Source of the DNA: an uncultured virus (IMG/VR IMGVR_UViG_3300013121_000030)
Lineage: Duplodnaviria; Heunggongvirae; Uroviricota; Caudoviricetes
Virus record (IMG/VR): IMGVR_UViG_3300013121_000030
Coordinates: 1 to 64,000 of that record
Length of the DNA stretch: 64,000 nt
Reading direction: 5' to 3' (one strand)
Below the pieces are notes generated by a model. It did no database searches and was not told where the DNA came from. It was given only the letters and a program-made list of their open reading frames with translations. Below, piece after piece: positions 35,213-44,896 of this stretch; the first letter of the stretch is position 1; each line of letters begins with the position of its first letter. The translations under genes and the position numbers were made by a program.

Positions 35213-36751
35213 ATGTCTACATGTGATCCGTGTCAACCAAACAATGGCCCGTGGGTGGGAAAAGAGAACCCCCTCGGGCCAGAGTCTTGTGGCACCTCAG
35301 ATGGAGGTGAAAATGACGGATCTGGGGATAACTGTGGCCTGGAGGGACCCACCCCCACAGGGGCCGACTGTCCGGGATGGGCCATAGGCCCAGGGGAGTG
35401 CCCCACACCTCCTCAAAATGTCGAGGTCGTCCACACCTTTACAAAGGGTGTGATGGATGTACGGTGGGACAATCCCGCAATTTTGGCCCACAATGGGAAA
35501 TACCAAGTCGTGGGTGTCAACATCTATCGTTCTGATACCTCAGAACGAGGTCCTTTCCGAAGGATAAATCTGGCCCCAGTGGGGGGGACTTTCTTCAGGG
35601 ACTTCACAAACAATATTCTTGTTCAGAATGAAGTTGTGGATTGGTTTAGTGGATGGCTCAATCGTGGGGAGGCAGCCAACAACAACCTTTGGAAGTTGAG
35701 GACTCGTCACTTCCCCATCGTGAAGCGAGCAGGTACAGCGATCCCCGCAAACAGTTGGGCGGATGTCCAGGTGACAATCAATGGTCAGGCCGTAGAGGTC
35801 CACGAAGTTTTTGGGCCAACTGGAGAAATAACCCTCGCCAACGTTCCTGGGTTTGATGTGGCGACTCAACAGTGGGTCTACCCCAACCTCCCCATTGGGC
35901 CTGAAACTGAAGTGGCGGTGACGTACAACTACGAGGGGAATGCCCTCCGTACGGATCTCGACCGCAAAATTTGGTACCGCGTTACCACAGTAGCTCTCAA
36001 CCCAGCATCTCCAGAAGGTTATCTGGAGACCCCCCTCATCCACACTGAGCCTGTCACATTTCGTGCCGTGGAGAAGCTCAGCTACATTTGGCGTGAGGCA
36101 ATCCGCCGCAACAACTGGATCCTTGAGCAGGGAGGGGAACGTGTGAAGGTCCTGGTCCGGAAGACCTCGGGGATCCCATGTTTCTGCCGAACTGATCCCC
36201 GGTCCTTGGAATACAACCAACAACCCAAGAACAACTGTTTGGACTGCTACGGGACCGGGTTTTTGGGGGGATACGAAGGTCCTTATGACCTCATCATCAC
36301 ACCCGATGATGCTCCACGAAGCGTGCGCCAGACGCCACAAGGAAGATACTTGGACCACACCCAGGATGTGTGGACAGGGCCAAGCCCTCTCCTCACACAA
36401 AGGGACTTCATCGTCAAACAGACGAATGAGCGCTACAGCATTGGTCCCGTTCACAAGCCTTCAGAACGTGGAAACATCATGCAGCAGCAGTTTCAGATCA
36501 AGTACCTGGACGAGCAAGACATCCGATACCAGGTGCCCATGATGTCCGTATCCGATTTGTGCTGGCCTGAGATCCGGTGGCGTCCAGCGGTGGTTCAGGG
36601 TGGAGCATGGATGGCAGAATACCCACCCCAAGGGCCGTGGCCTGTTGGAAACCAGTACCAACAGACGCCAATGCAAACCGAAAAAGAGAACATCCCAGAC
36701 ACACGCGAACAGCGAGGGCGAACGCCTGTGTGGGCAAACCGCACTTACTAG
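35213..36751 (+). CDS. putative neck / head-closure protein with FN3-like N-terminus and Zn finger
   Basis: ILEQGGERVKV..R...CFC...CLDCYGTGF.GGY pattern; position at the start of the virion module. Confidence 0.6.
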   Translation: MSTCDPCQPNNGPWVGKENPLGPESCGTSDGGENDGSGDNCGLEGPTPTGADCPGWAIGPGECPTPPQNVEVVHTFTKGVMDVRWDNPAILAHNGKYQVVGVNIYRSDTSERGPFRRINLAPVGGTFFRDFTNNILVQNEVVDWFSGWLNRGEAANNNLWKLRTRHFPIVKRAGTAIPANSWADVQVTINGQAVEVHEVFGPTGEITLANVPGFDVATQQWVYPNLPIGPETEVAVTYNYEGNALRTDLDRKIWYRVTTVALNPASPEGYLETPLIHTEPVTFRAVEKLSYIWREAIRRNNWILEQGGERVKVLVRKTSGIPCFCRTDPRSLEYNQQPKNNCLDCYGTGFLGGYEGPYDLIITPDDAPRSVRQTPQGRYLDHTQDVWTGPSPLLTQRDFIVKQTNERYSIGPVHKPSERGNIMQQQFQIKYLDEQDIRYQVPMMSVSDLCWPEIRWRPAVVQGGAWMAEYPPQGPWPVGNQYQQTPMQTEKENIPDTREQRGRTPVWANRTY

Positions 36752-36785
36752 GTAAGCTTCAAATAATCCGACCAAAGGGAATCCC

Positions 36786-39700
36786 ATGCCCATCGAAAAC
36801 AAGGCCGAACGTAGTTGTAGTTTTGTGGACGCGCTGGTCCTGGGGTCCGCGCTTGCCGCCTTTTTGCGCCATCTTAACGGCGACGCGACAAATGGCCTCT
36901 ACAAGAAGGGCCAACAGCTCTGGCAGACACGGTATTCCGTGTCCTTTAAAGATGACCTGAAGCTCTTCCTGATTGAGCCTTTCGTTCAGGCGGGCAAGGC
37001 TCCCCAGCTTTTGGCCTCCAGTCGAGAGTTGATGCGTCTGACCCAAGCCAAGCGTATTATTTCGATCCTCCCGGATTTTCTCGCTTCGTTCTCGCAATGG
37101 CTTCCTGCACACCGGAACTCGTTTATTGAGTGCATGGACATGAGAACCAGAACGGAGGTTCTGGCACTGGCTAAGGTGGGCATGGATGCTGAGCCCGTGA
37201 CGCAGTTGGCGCAGCTTTCTGTTATCCGTCTGACAGGCCCCAACAAGGGAATGGTGGAGCAGTGGATTGATCGGGCTGCAAATGAAGCTGGAGTCATCGC
37301 CACCGATGATGCAGAAGCTCCGCTCAAGGGCATGGAGTCGATCCACGATTTGGGGGTTCAGATCTCGGAGTTGAACCAACAGATTACGTTGGAGCCAGAT
37401 GGCACCCCCCGTGAAGCCGAACTCATTGAGCATCGAGGAGATCTGCTCCAGAAACTTCAGGCAGAAGCTGACAAGAGTGCCACACCAGAGGCTGCTTTTG
37501 CGGTTGCAGCAGCAGCTGCGGCTACTCAGGGAGAGGACGGAGCTTCACGGATCTCCAGGAAGTACACTCTCACAGATGAACAGGAGGCTGTGATCCGCGC
37601 CGAGGGGTCCATTGTGGTGGCTGCGGGCGCCGGATCAGGGAAGACAGGGACTCTCATTGCTTGGCTGGACCACCTCGTTCACAACAAGGGGATCAACCCG
37701 GAGCGGATGGCGCTCATTTCGTTTACCCGGGCGGCATCCGCTGAGATTGCAGAACGGGCAAAAGGTCGCGCGGGGATTAGTGGGTCCTACATTGGCCGGA
37801 CGACCCACGCAATCGCAAGGACGGTTTTGAAATCTTTTGGTCCTTCCCATCAAGAACTCAACAGCCGTTACAAAGGCAAACTCCGTGAGGCCATCTTCAA
37901 AACGGAAGAGGCAGACAAGCTCTGGGACATTGCTCTCAAACAGGTTGAGATGGGGACTCCCAAAGGGGATGACGCTGACAAGGCTCAATACCTCAAAAAG
38001 GTATTGTTGACACTTATCCGGTCTGCCGCCTACCCTGACTTCTTTCAGAGCCTTCTGGATCAGCTCGATCGCGGAAAGATGCTGACCACCAACCAGTTGG
38101 GGGCTCTTGTCACCGACAAGTACAAGAATCTGCGCAAATTCCCTGATCTCTATCAGGGTGTCAAGGATATTGCTGAGGGGAGGGCTCCTGGGGCATCCAA
38201 AGTTGCTGCTCGGGAAGCCAAGCCGAAATCCCCCTACATGACCCAGCCAGCTGGAATGCGTTTCAATATCGGGGCCAAGGATTTACACGATCCGAAGGTT
38301 GACGTGGAGATGGTGCCCGGCAGAATTCGGCTGATCGTGGACAATTACATGTCTTCGGGGGTCAGTGTCGAGGAAGCCTATAAGATGGCCAAAGACGATC
38401 CAGACGCTCCGATCGTCCCGGCAGCTGCCTACGATGCTTATACTTGGCTCAAGCTCAATGACCCCATCCTGGGGCCGGCCATGGACTTTACGGACCAGAT
38501 TGTCTTGGCTCTCAAGGTGCTGGATGATCTGCCTCAAGCACGGGAAGCCGCGCAACGCATGTTTGATGTGGTGGTGGTGGACGAGGCTCAGGACTTGAGC
38601 GAAGTCCAGTTCCGGTTCTTCCAACACTTGATGAAAAAGACGCGCATTGGGGCCTACATTGGGGATGACAAGCAGAGCATTTACCGATTCCGCGGAGCGA
38701 TCCCCGAGAACTTCATCGCGCAGTCCAAAAAGTCCAAGCTTTTCCAGATGACCACCAACTTCCGAAGTGGGGAGGCCATCGTCAACGCAGCAAATCAACT
38801 CATCGCTCACAACAAGGGTCAGATCCCAATGGTCTGTTCGGCAGACCCCAAGAAGGGGGAGGGAGAAATTGGCTTCGTCCGAACCGCCTCTCATTCTGAG
38901 AGTGCTGAGATGGTAGCGGCCTCCATCGCAGAGTCCATCTCTTCGGGGGACTCTTCTGCCGCTGACTTCGGGATCTTGGTGCGAAACAATGCCGAGCTGG
39001 ATGCCTACGAGAAGGAATTGATCTCCCGGGGGATCCCATTCAAGAAGCTTCGCCCAGGGCCTATGTTCTTTGACAAGCCCCTTGTACGGGCGGTGATCTC
39101 GTGGATTCGCCTTGCGTCCCAGGTTGGGAGCCGGGAAGAGTTGAATGAGGCTGTCATGCATGCCTCCATGTTCCCAAGTTTTGGGCTCGGGCCTTCGTTC
39201 ATTTCAGCTTTGGCTAACATGACGCCATCCAATATGAGCTATGTGGATTACCTCCAAAGTGGCGCGAAGGTCTACACAGACCCAAAGTCCGCCTGGAAAA
39301 ACGCCAAATCCGTGGCTCCGTTTGTCGATGAAATGCGGGCAATGATGGCGATGGGAGGGGACACGGAGAGCCTGATCCTGGCGATCCTTGAAATCAAAGG
39401 CACCAAGGGTTCCCTCAAGAAGACCTTGAGGGGAAATGTCAGCGTTGATGACGTTGCCTCCAGTGGAGGAGGGGGGGCAGAGGCGGAGGCAGAGGCGGAG
39501 GCAGAAGCACTGGGTCCTTTGGCCCCAATCCTCAACATTGCGCGATCTGCTCCGAATCCTCAAGCATTCCTCGACTTCATCGTGAAAATGAAGGAAGCCA
39601 ACAGTAAGCTCCAAAAAGATGAGGAAAACTCAACGCCAGCAGTCTTGCTGGGGACAGTCCATACCTGGAAGGGACTCCAAGCACCTCATGTGTTTGTCTC

Positions 39701-40016
39701 CATGGCAGACGGGGTGTTCCCCAACACATTCTTTACTGGGGAAGAGGGAGCGGAACTGGAGGAAGAGCGTAGGCTTGCCTACGTGGCGCTCACTCGTGGC
39801 CAGTCTAAGGTCACAGTGATGGCTGCCAAGCTCAACTATCGTGCGGAGATCAATCCCCCGAAAACCCCTCCTCCCCAAAGTCCGTTCATCGGGGAGGCTT
39901 GCCTCAAGCCTGTGGGGACTGCCAAGAAGGCATTCTCTCGTCAGGCTTCTCGCTACGACTCAGATTTCTGGGAGAGTCGTGAAACTGCAAGGTCTTCAGG
40001 ATATTTCTGGAGCTAG
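36786..40016 (+). CDS. UvrD/PcrA-family SF1 helicase
   Basis: AGAGSGKT, SFTRAA, VVDEAQD, GDDKQSIYRFRGA, NFRS, TVHTWKGLQ, EEERRLAYVALTR. Confidence 0.95.
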   Translation: MPIENKAERSCSFVDALVLGSALAAFLRHLNGDATNGLYKKGQQLWQTRYSVSFKDDLKLFLIEPFVQAGKAPQLLASSRELMRLTQAKRIISILPDFLASFSQWLPAHRNSFIECMDMRTRTEVLALAKVGMDAEPVTQLAQLSVIRLTGPNKGMVEQWIDRAANEAGVIATDDAEAPLKGMESIHDLGVQISELNQQITLEPDGTPREAELIEHRGDLLQKLQAEADKSATPEAAFAVAAAAAATQGEDGASRISRKYTLTDEQEAVIRAEGSIVVAAGAGSGKTGTLIAWLDHLVHNKGINPERMALISFTRAASAEIAERAKGRAGISGSYIGRTTHAIARTVLKSFGPSHQELNSRYKGKLREAIFKTEEADKLWDIALKQVEMGTPKGDDADKAQYLKKVLLTLIRSAAYPDFFQSLLDQLDRGKMLTTNQLGALVTDKYKNLRKFPDLYQGVKDIAEGRAPGASKVAAREAKPKSPYMTQPAGMRFNIGAKDLHDPKVDVEMVPGRIRLIVDNYMSSGVSVEEAYKMAKDDPDAPIVPAAAYDAYTWLKLNDPILGPAMDFTDQIVLALKVLDDLPQAREAAQRMFDVVVVDEAQDLSEVQFRFFQHLMKKTRIGAYIGDDKQSIYRFRGAIPENFIAQSKKSKLFQMTTNFRSGEAIVNAANQLIAHNKGQIPMVCSADPKKGEGEIGFVRTASHSESAEMVAASIAESISSGDSSAADFGILVRNNAELDAYEKELISRGIPFKKLRPGPMFFDKPLVRAVISWIRLASQVGSREELNEAVMHASMFPSFGLGPSFISALANMTPSNMSYVDYLQSGAKVYTDPKSAWKNAKSVAPFVDEMRAMMAMGGDTESLILAILEIKGTKGSLKKTLRGNVSVDDVASSGGGGAEAEAEAEAEALGPLAPILNIARSAPNPQAFLDFIVKMKEANSKLQKDEENSTPAVLLGTVHTWKGLQAPHVFVSMADGVFPNTFFTGEEGAELEEERRLAYVALTRGQSKVTVMAAKLNYRAEINPPKTPPPQSPFIGEACLKPVGTAKKAFSRQASRYDSDFWESRETARSSGYFWS

Positions 40017-40025
40017 GAATTCATC

Positions 40026-40997
40026 ATGGCAACCAGTTACGTATCAATCAGCCGCGAAGAGTTTGAAGAGTTCCTTGACTCCGAGGTAACTCCCTTGGTG
40101 CGCCATAAATGGCAACGCAAGGGGTCGACGGCTGGAGTGTACTTCTTCCCTCTCTCTAAGCACACATTTTTGGAGATCAGCTCTTCCATTGGGTCTTCGG
40201 ATGATGCTTTAGGCCGAGGGGACGCTGCCATTCACGTCCGTCTGAAGAGCGCAGATGGCAGAAGAACCCTCAATGGGAGGGGCACCGACGAAACAAAGAT
40301 GCGTGTCAATCGGACTACCAATTGGAGAAGAAACCTCCAAGCAATGGTCAAACAGTACATCGCCACATACCAAAAGAGTCCACGATTTTACGACACCATA
40401 AGTTCGTATGAGGGCTTCGACAACTATCTGAACACATTCAAGGATCTCGTTCAGGGGGTTCCCAATTGGAACGCCAACAAATTCTTGAGGGACATGATGT
40501 CCCTTCTGGAAGGGAAGCGCCTCCTCACTGAGGCCCAAGAAGCAGCGATTATTAAGGCTTCACAGGCGGGGTCGAAAAGTTCAGAACGAGATACCTATCA
40601 ATCTGATTTTGAGATGTGGAAGTCTACCATTCAGGGACTCCCAGACTGGGAAAGATCAAAATTCTTGACCAGTCTTTTCAACGACCTCAACCAGGGGAAA
40701 ATGATTGGCCCGAGAGCCCAAGACATCGTCAAGGAGATTGTCGCCAAAAACAAGTGGTTGGTGAAGCTTAGAGAAGTGTGGAAACGTGCCAAGACGCTGG
40801 ATGAGAAACAGTTGGTGGAGGAAATTGGGACTAGCTTGAAGAGGATCCCAAAAAAGAACCTCCCCACGGATGCTGAGGTCCAAGCTCTTATTGAGAGGTT
40901 CCCTGGGGCCTTCGACGATCTCCTCCATCCTGGGACCACAAAAACTAGGCTTGCCCAAGTGATTGCGCGAGTCGCCTCATCCTATATGATGAGGTGA
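40026..40997 (+). CDS. hypothetical protein ending in an RVASSY motif
   Basis: 323-aa ORF with two internal W...FL..L...L..GK repeats. Confidence 0.6.
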   Translation: MATSYVSISREEFEEFLDSEVTPLVRHKWQRKGSTAGVYFFPLSKHTFLEISSSIGSSDDALGRGDAAIHVRLKSADGRRTLNGRGTDETKMRVNRTTNWRRNLQAMVKQYIATYQKSPRFYDTISSYEGFDNYLNTFKDLVQGVPNWNANKFLRDMMSLLEGKRLLTEAQEAAIIKASQAGSKSSERDTYQSDFEMWKSTIQGLPDWERSKFLTSLFNDLNQGKMIGPRAQDIVKEIVAKNKWLVKLREVWKRAKTLDEKQLVEEIGTSLKRIPKKNLPTDAEVQALIERFPGAFDDLLHPGTTKTRLAQVIARVASSYMMR

Positions 40998-41530
40998 TGT
41001 TCAATTTCAAGGCACATTCCAAAAGTGGATTCAGTCTGCCAATCAAGGAGGCAGACATCTACACTTCGGAGCTGGCGAAGGACTTGGGGGCCATCCTTCT
41101 CGAAGCCGTCGTCTATGAGATAAGAAAGACTCAGGCTCGTCATCGTGGTTTGAAGCGTGCTGCCGGGGCACCTGTCCAAATCCCCTTAGACCCCAAATTT
41201 GCGGACTCCATGTGGGTGAAGACTACACCCACCTCGATCGAGGTGGGTTCTTCATGGCCCACCTTCGATGCTGTGGTTGAGGGGAAGCAGCCTTTCCCGA
41301 TGACGTGGCTAACCCAGCAAAAGGGAGTCAAGGTGGTTCCCTTTCCCAAGGGCCCGTTGGGGACAGTCCTCCTGAGAACGGCACCAAAGACCAAAGAAGA
41401 TGCGTGGGTTCACCCTGGCTTCTCCAAACAGTCATTTCTGGAGGATGGCTTGAAAAGGGCAATGCCATCAATGCAAAAGAGACTGGAGGAGCAAGTTCGG
41501 GCAAAATTGGCCAAGATTCGGTATTTATGA
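40997..41530 (+). CDS. putative tail completion / HK97 gp10-like protein
   Basis: V.EG...WVHPGF..QSFL..G pattern; located in the neck/tail module. Confidence 0.45.
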   Translation: MFNFKAHSKSGFSLPIKEADIYTSELAKDLGAILLEAVVYEIRKTQARHRGLKRAAGAPVQIPLDPKFADSMWVKTTPTSIEVGSSWPTFDAVVEGKQPFPMTWLTQQKGVKVVPFPKGPLGTVLLRTAPKTKEDAWVHPGFSKQSFLEDGLKRAMPSMQKRLEEQVRAKLAKIRYL

Positions 41531-41533
41531 GCG

Positions 41534-42169
41534 ATGGAACCTGTACAGATCTCCTGCCTGGAGGCGGTGTACTTCAAATCTCTCTCTCGACAATTTAAAA
41601 AGGGGGATTCCTTCTGGGTGAGCCCAGAGGTCGCCGCAGGCCCAGAGATGGTAAGCCTCGCCAGGAACAGGAAGATTCGCATTTACCCATCCAAGGACAG
41701 TCCCATGCCTCCGTCAAAAGAAATCCGCATCCCAGCTGTTGGAATGTCGCTTCGAGGACCAAATCTCAAGCTTCCTCCCCTCCAGCCTTCTCCCACTCCC
41801 CAGCCTTCTCCCACTCCCCAGCCTTCTCCTTTGGCTTCAAGACCAACCGAACCTGTGGGGACGGCAGAGATTCTACGGGGAATGTCAAGGATCGAAGAGA
41901 AGCTGGGAAGTCTCAGCTCCATTGAAGAGCGCCTGCGCAGCCTTGAAGAGAAGCCTGTTACGTTGACTGCGCCTCTCCAGGAAGGGAAGAGTTTGGCTGA
42001 AAAGCCTCCAGTCGAGAAGACCACCAAGAGCATCCTGGATCAGGAGTTCGTGCCTTCTATGGTGGAGGTACAAGGGGAGGTCAATGTCGAGGTTCCGAGT
42101 TCAGAGGCCTCAGGTGTTGGTGAGGCCATGAAGAGTCTTCGGAGGCTGCGAGCTGAGAAGAAAGGGTGA
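41534..42169 (+). CDS. hypothetical protein with PQPSPT repeats
   Basis: 211-aa ORF coupled to the actin-like gene. Confidence 0.6.
   Translation: MEPVQISCLEAVYFKSLSRQFKKGDSFWVSPEVAAGPEMVSLARNRKIRIYPSKDSPMPPSKEIRIPAVGMSLRGPNLKLPPLQPSPTPQPSPTPQPSPLASRPTEPVGTAEILRGMSRIEEKLGSLSSIEERLRSLEEKPVTLTAPLQEGKSLAEKPPVEKTTKSILDQEFVPSMVEVQGEVNVEVPSSEASGVGEAMKSLRRLRAEKKG
41782..41829 (+). repeat. 18-nt tandem repeat (about 2.7 copies) encoding QPSPTP
   Basis: CCAGCCTTCTCCCACTCC x2 plus CCAGCCTTCTCC. Confidence 0.85.
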
Positions 42170-42174
42170 GGAAG

Positions 42175-43173
42175 ATGTCTGGAGTTGGAATCGATCTTGG
42201 AACCATGAACATTGTCGCCGCACGGAGTGTGGATGACAAGATTTCAACCAAGCGAATTAGGGATGCTTTCATTGATCTCCCCTTGGGGTCTGAACGCATG
42301 CTGAAGCTCGCCAAAGTGAGCCACATCCGTAGGGATGATGCTCTCTTGATTGTGGGAGACGCTGCCTATGACATGGCAAACATGTTGGCGAAGGAAGTAC
42401 GTCGACCTCTTCAGGGAGGACTTGTTTCGTCGGGAGAGTTGGATGCCCTGAGTGTCTTGGCAATCTTGGTCCGCGAGGTCTTGGGGGCCCCCGCAGTCCC
42501 CAATGAGATTTGCCGATTCTCCGTCCCGGCCGCTCCTGTGGATGCTCCAAACCAGGATGTCGTCTACCATCGCCGGGTCCTGGAGAAGATTGTCGGCGAC
42601 TGCGGATATCGCGCCATGGCCTCTAACGAAGCCTTGGCGATCGTATTCTCTGATTGTGCGGACAGCAGCTTTTCTGGGATTACGATGAGTTTTGGGTCTG
42701 GGATGACGAATGTTTGTCTTGCGCTCCACACCTTGGAAGCAATGTCTTTCTCGGTGGCAGTGGGCGGAGACTACATCGATGCCAAGTCAGCCCAGCAGCT
42801 TGGATCCCAAATGACTCGTTCGAGAATCTGCTCCCTGAAAGAGAAAGGGATTGATTTGCGGTCCCCTCGTACTCGGGAGGAGCAGGTTTTGGAGTGTTAC
42901 TACCGAAACCTCATCGAGCACGTCTTCGAGAAAATGATTGAGGAGTTTGACCGTCAGCGTGGGAAGATTGCCGCACCATTCCCAATTCCGCTGGTGGTAT
43001 CGGGTGGCACCTCCAAGGCTGGAGGATTCTTGGAGCTGTTCAAAGAGATTTTTGAAAAGAGGAAGGGTCGCTTCCCAGTTGAGATCTCTGAGGTAAGACC
43101 TGCCAAGGATCCTCTAAATGCAGTTGCCATGGGTCTTTTGATCCAAGCCATGCAAGATTCTGAAGAGGATTAG
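42175..43173 (+). CDS. actin-like ATPase (MreB/MamK-like)
   Basis: Phosphate-1 GIDLGTMN, RRPLQGG, NEALA, phosphate-2 SFGSGMTN, GGDYID, adenosine motif SGGTS. Confidence 0.85.
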   Translation: MSGVGIDLGTMNIVAARSVDDKISTKRIRDAFIDLPLGSERMLKLAKVSHIRRDDALLIVGDAAYDMANMLAKEVRRPLQGGLVSSGELDALSVLAILVREVLGAPAVPNEICRFSVPAAPVDAPNQDVVYHRRVLEKIVGDCGYRAMASNEALAIVFSDCADSSFSGITMSFGSGMTNVCLALHTLEAMSFSVAVGGDYIDAKSAQQLGSQMTRSRICSLKEKGIDLRSPRTREEQVLECYYRNLIEHVFEKMIEEFDRQRGKIAAPFPIPLVVSGGTSKAGGFLELFKEIFEKRKGRFPVEISEVRPAKDPLNAVAMGLLIQAMQDSEED

Positions 43174-43179
43174 GATCCC

Positions 43180-44421
43180 ATGTACTACTTTCTCACGGAA
43201 GCAGTCCAAAGACTTTTCACGAGTGAGCTACGGAGGTTCTGGCAGTACCACCCGGAATACCAGGGCATCGTGGACAAGATCATTGGGAAGTATTCCTTCC
43301 GTGAACGTCCTCAAATGGGGATCATTGTTAAGAACAGCTCGGGGAACATGGTTGGGTTGTCCGGCGACAACTTCCAGGGGACTGTGATGTCCTATGTCTA
43401 TCTAGCCCATGTGGATGGGAAGTTGGGGATGAGTGTGGAGTGGGTTCGGGAGAACTACCGGGCGATCCAGGCAAATCAGGGATTCTTCCCTTCTCCTCCT
43501 GGTATCTACTATTTGGACTTCTGCGATGAGAATGGAACACCCACGGACACGAGTTTTTATGTAGATCCTCTCTTGGATGTGGCGGGGGAGTCAGTCTTGA
43601 CAGTCGACCCCACGCATGGACAGCTTCAGAATCCTTTTGTGGCCGGGACACTTAGGCTCTGGAAAATGCCCGGAGATGTTCCACTAGTGCCTTCTCAGTT
43701 CACAGCTGACCCAACGACGGGATCGATCACGCTTCACACGGCGTTGGAGGGGGACGAGTTTTTGTCTGCGGACTACCGCTACCCAGGAGAAACCACGGGG
43801 CCCTGGGCTGTTCAGCCTGGGAGGGCTCTGATTGAACCCATTCCAGGGGCTGTGTTGGCCTTTGGGAGGAGGATTTGGCCTGGGGACCGCCTTGCTGTGG
43901 TAGTGCAGTCCTCTCGCCAACTTGCTGCTTTGGAGTACGGCGGGCGGTGGGAATTGGGGCTGGATTTTGATGTGATTGCGCGGGATGTGAATGCGCAGCG
44001 AGAGATTTTGGATCTCTCCACGATGTACCTCTGGTCAGTAGTTCGTCCTCGGCTCAGTTCCATGGGAATTGAGATCATGAATGTGTCTCTTGGGGGAGAG
44101 TCTGAAGAAGCCTACGATGAGAATGCGGACGACTACTTCTACACAGGATCATTTTCAATCCAGATCCAGACGGATTGGTCGGTCCAGGTTCCGCTGGGGA
44201 TTGTGATCCAACGGGTGGATACGGTCCCCCCCAATGCAGAAGGAGGACCAGCCACACCTCCACAATATCTCTCAAAGTATGGCCTCTCTGATGACCAGAT
44301 CAGTCAGGCGATGCTCCAGTTCCAGGTCGTCGAGGGAATGGGCCTCAACCCATTTGATCCTTTCTTCACAGGGAAGATCGGAAACCTGGGCCGCATGGGC
44401 ACAGGAGAGAAGCTCTTGTAA
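43180..44421 (+). CDS. putative tail terminator / virion structural protein
   Basis: Beta-rich; C-terminal GGRWELGLDFDVIARD..QRE..D; just upstream of the sheath. Confidence 0.5.
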   Translation: MYYFLTEAVQRLFTSELRRFWQYHPEYQGIVDKIIGKYSFRERPQMGIIVKNSSGNMVGLSGDNFQGTVMSYVYLAHVDGKLGMSVEWVRENYRAIQANQGFFPSPPGIYYLDFCDENGTPTDTSFYVDPLLDVAGESVLTVDPTHGQLQNPFVAGTLRLWKMPGDVPLVPSQFTADPTTGSITLHTALEGDEFLSADYRYPGETTGPWAVQPGRALIEPIPGAVLAFGRRIWPGDRLAVVVQSSRQLAALEYGGRWELGLDFDVIARDVNAQREILDLSTMYLWSVVRPRLSSMGIEIMNVSLGGESEEAYDENADDYFYTGSFSIQIQTDWSVQVPLGIVIQRVDTVPPNAEGGPATPPQYLSKYGLSDDQISQAMLQFQVVEGMGLNPFDPFFTGKIGNLGRMGTGEKLL

Positions 44422-44852
44422 TGCCGGTATTTGTGTTCCAATGTGAGTCTTGTGGCCTCTCTTTTGAGAAGCTCACCTCTGCAACAAGAGCGGAATGCAA
44501 GAAATGCAAGAGCCCCTGTGAGAGAATTATGCAGAGTCAGGGGGGGATCACCTCTGGGCATGTCCCAGACATGCCCGCACCCCAGAATTCAGGGGCGAGT
44601 CTTGTGGACCACGAGGTGGACTGGGTGATCGCCACTGAGTCCAGGATGCGGCTTCACGAGATGCAGTTGCGCCAAGACTTCAAACGGCGAAAGGCAGAGC
44701 AGGCGAAGGTTTCTGGGCATTACCTGTCCCGCCTCTCAGACGGCGATTATTTTGTGATGACGGAGGATGAGCGGCAGGCGGCCAAACGGGCGAGAGTCCT
44801 TCACCAGGATGCTATTGACGAGATCAACCGAATCTCACGTCGTAAGCAATAA
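44421..44852 (+). CDS. FmdB-family Zn-ribbon protein
   Basis: MPVFVFQCESCG..FE...CKKC. Confidence 0.75.
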   Translation: MPVFVFQCESCGLSFEKLTSATRAECKKCKSPCERIMQSQGGITSGHVPDMPAPQNSGASLVDHEVDWVIATESRMRLHEMQLRQDFKRRKAEQAKVSGHYLSRLSDGDYFVMTEDERQAAKRARVLHQDAIDEINRISRRKQ

Positions 44853-44896
44853 TTTGATGATGCAGGGAAACTTTCAAGGGACACCGAGGAGTTTTC

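Noticed and set aside
38283-38288. TTACAC (promoter -35) inside the helicase gene
   Set aside because: No matching -10 box at 17-nt spacing, and it is intragenic
39460-39510. GCAGAGGCGGAG microrepeat in the helicase
   Set aside because: It encodes a low-complexity GGGGAEAEAEAEA linker; there is no evidence of phase variation
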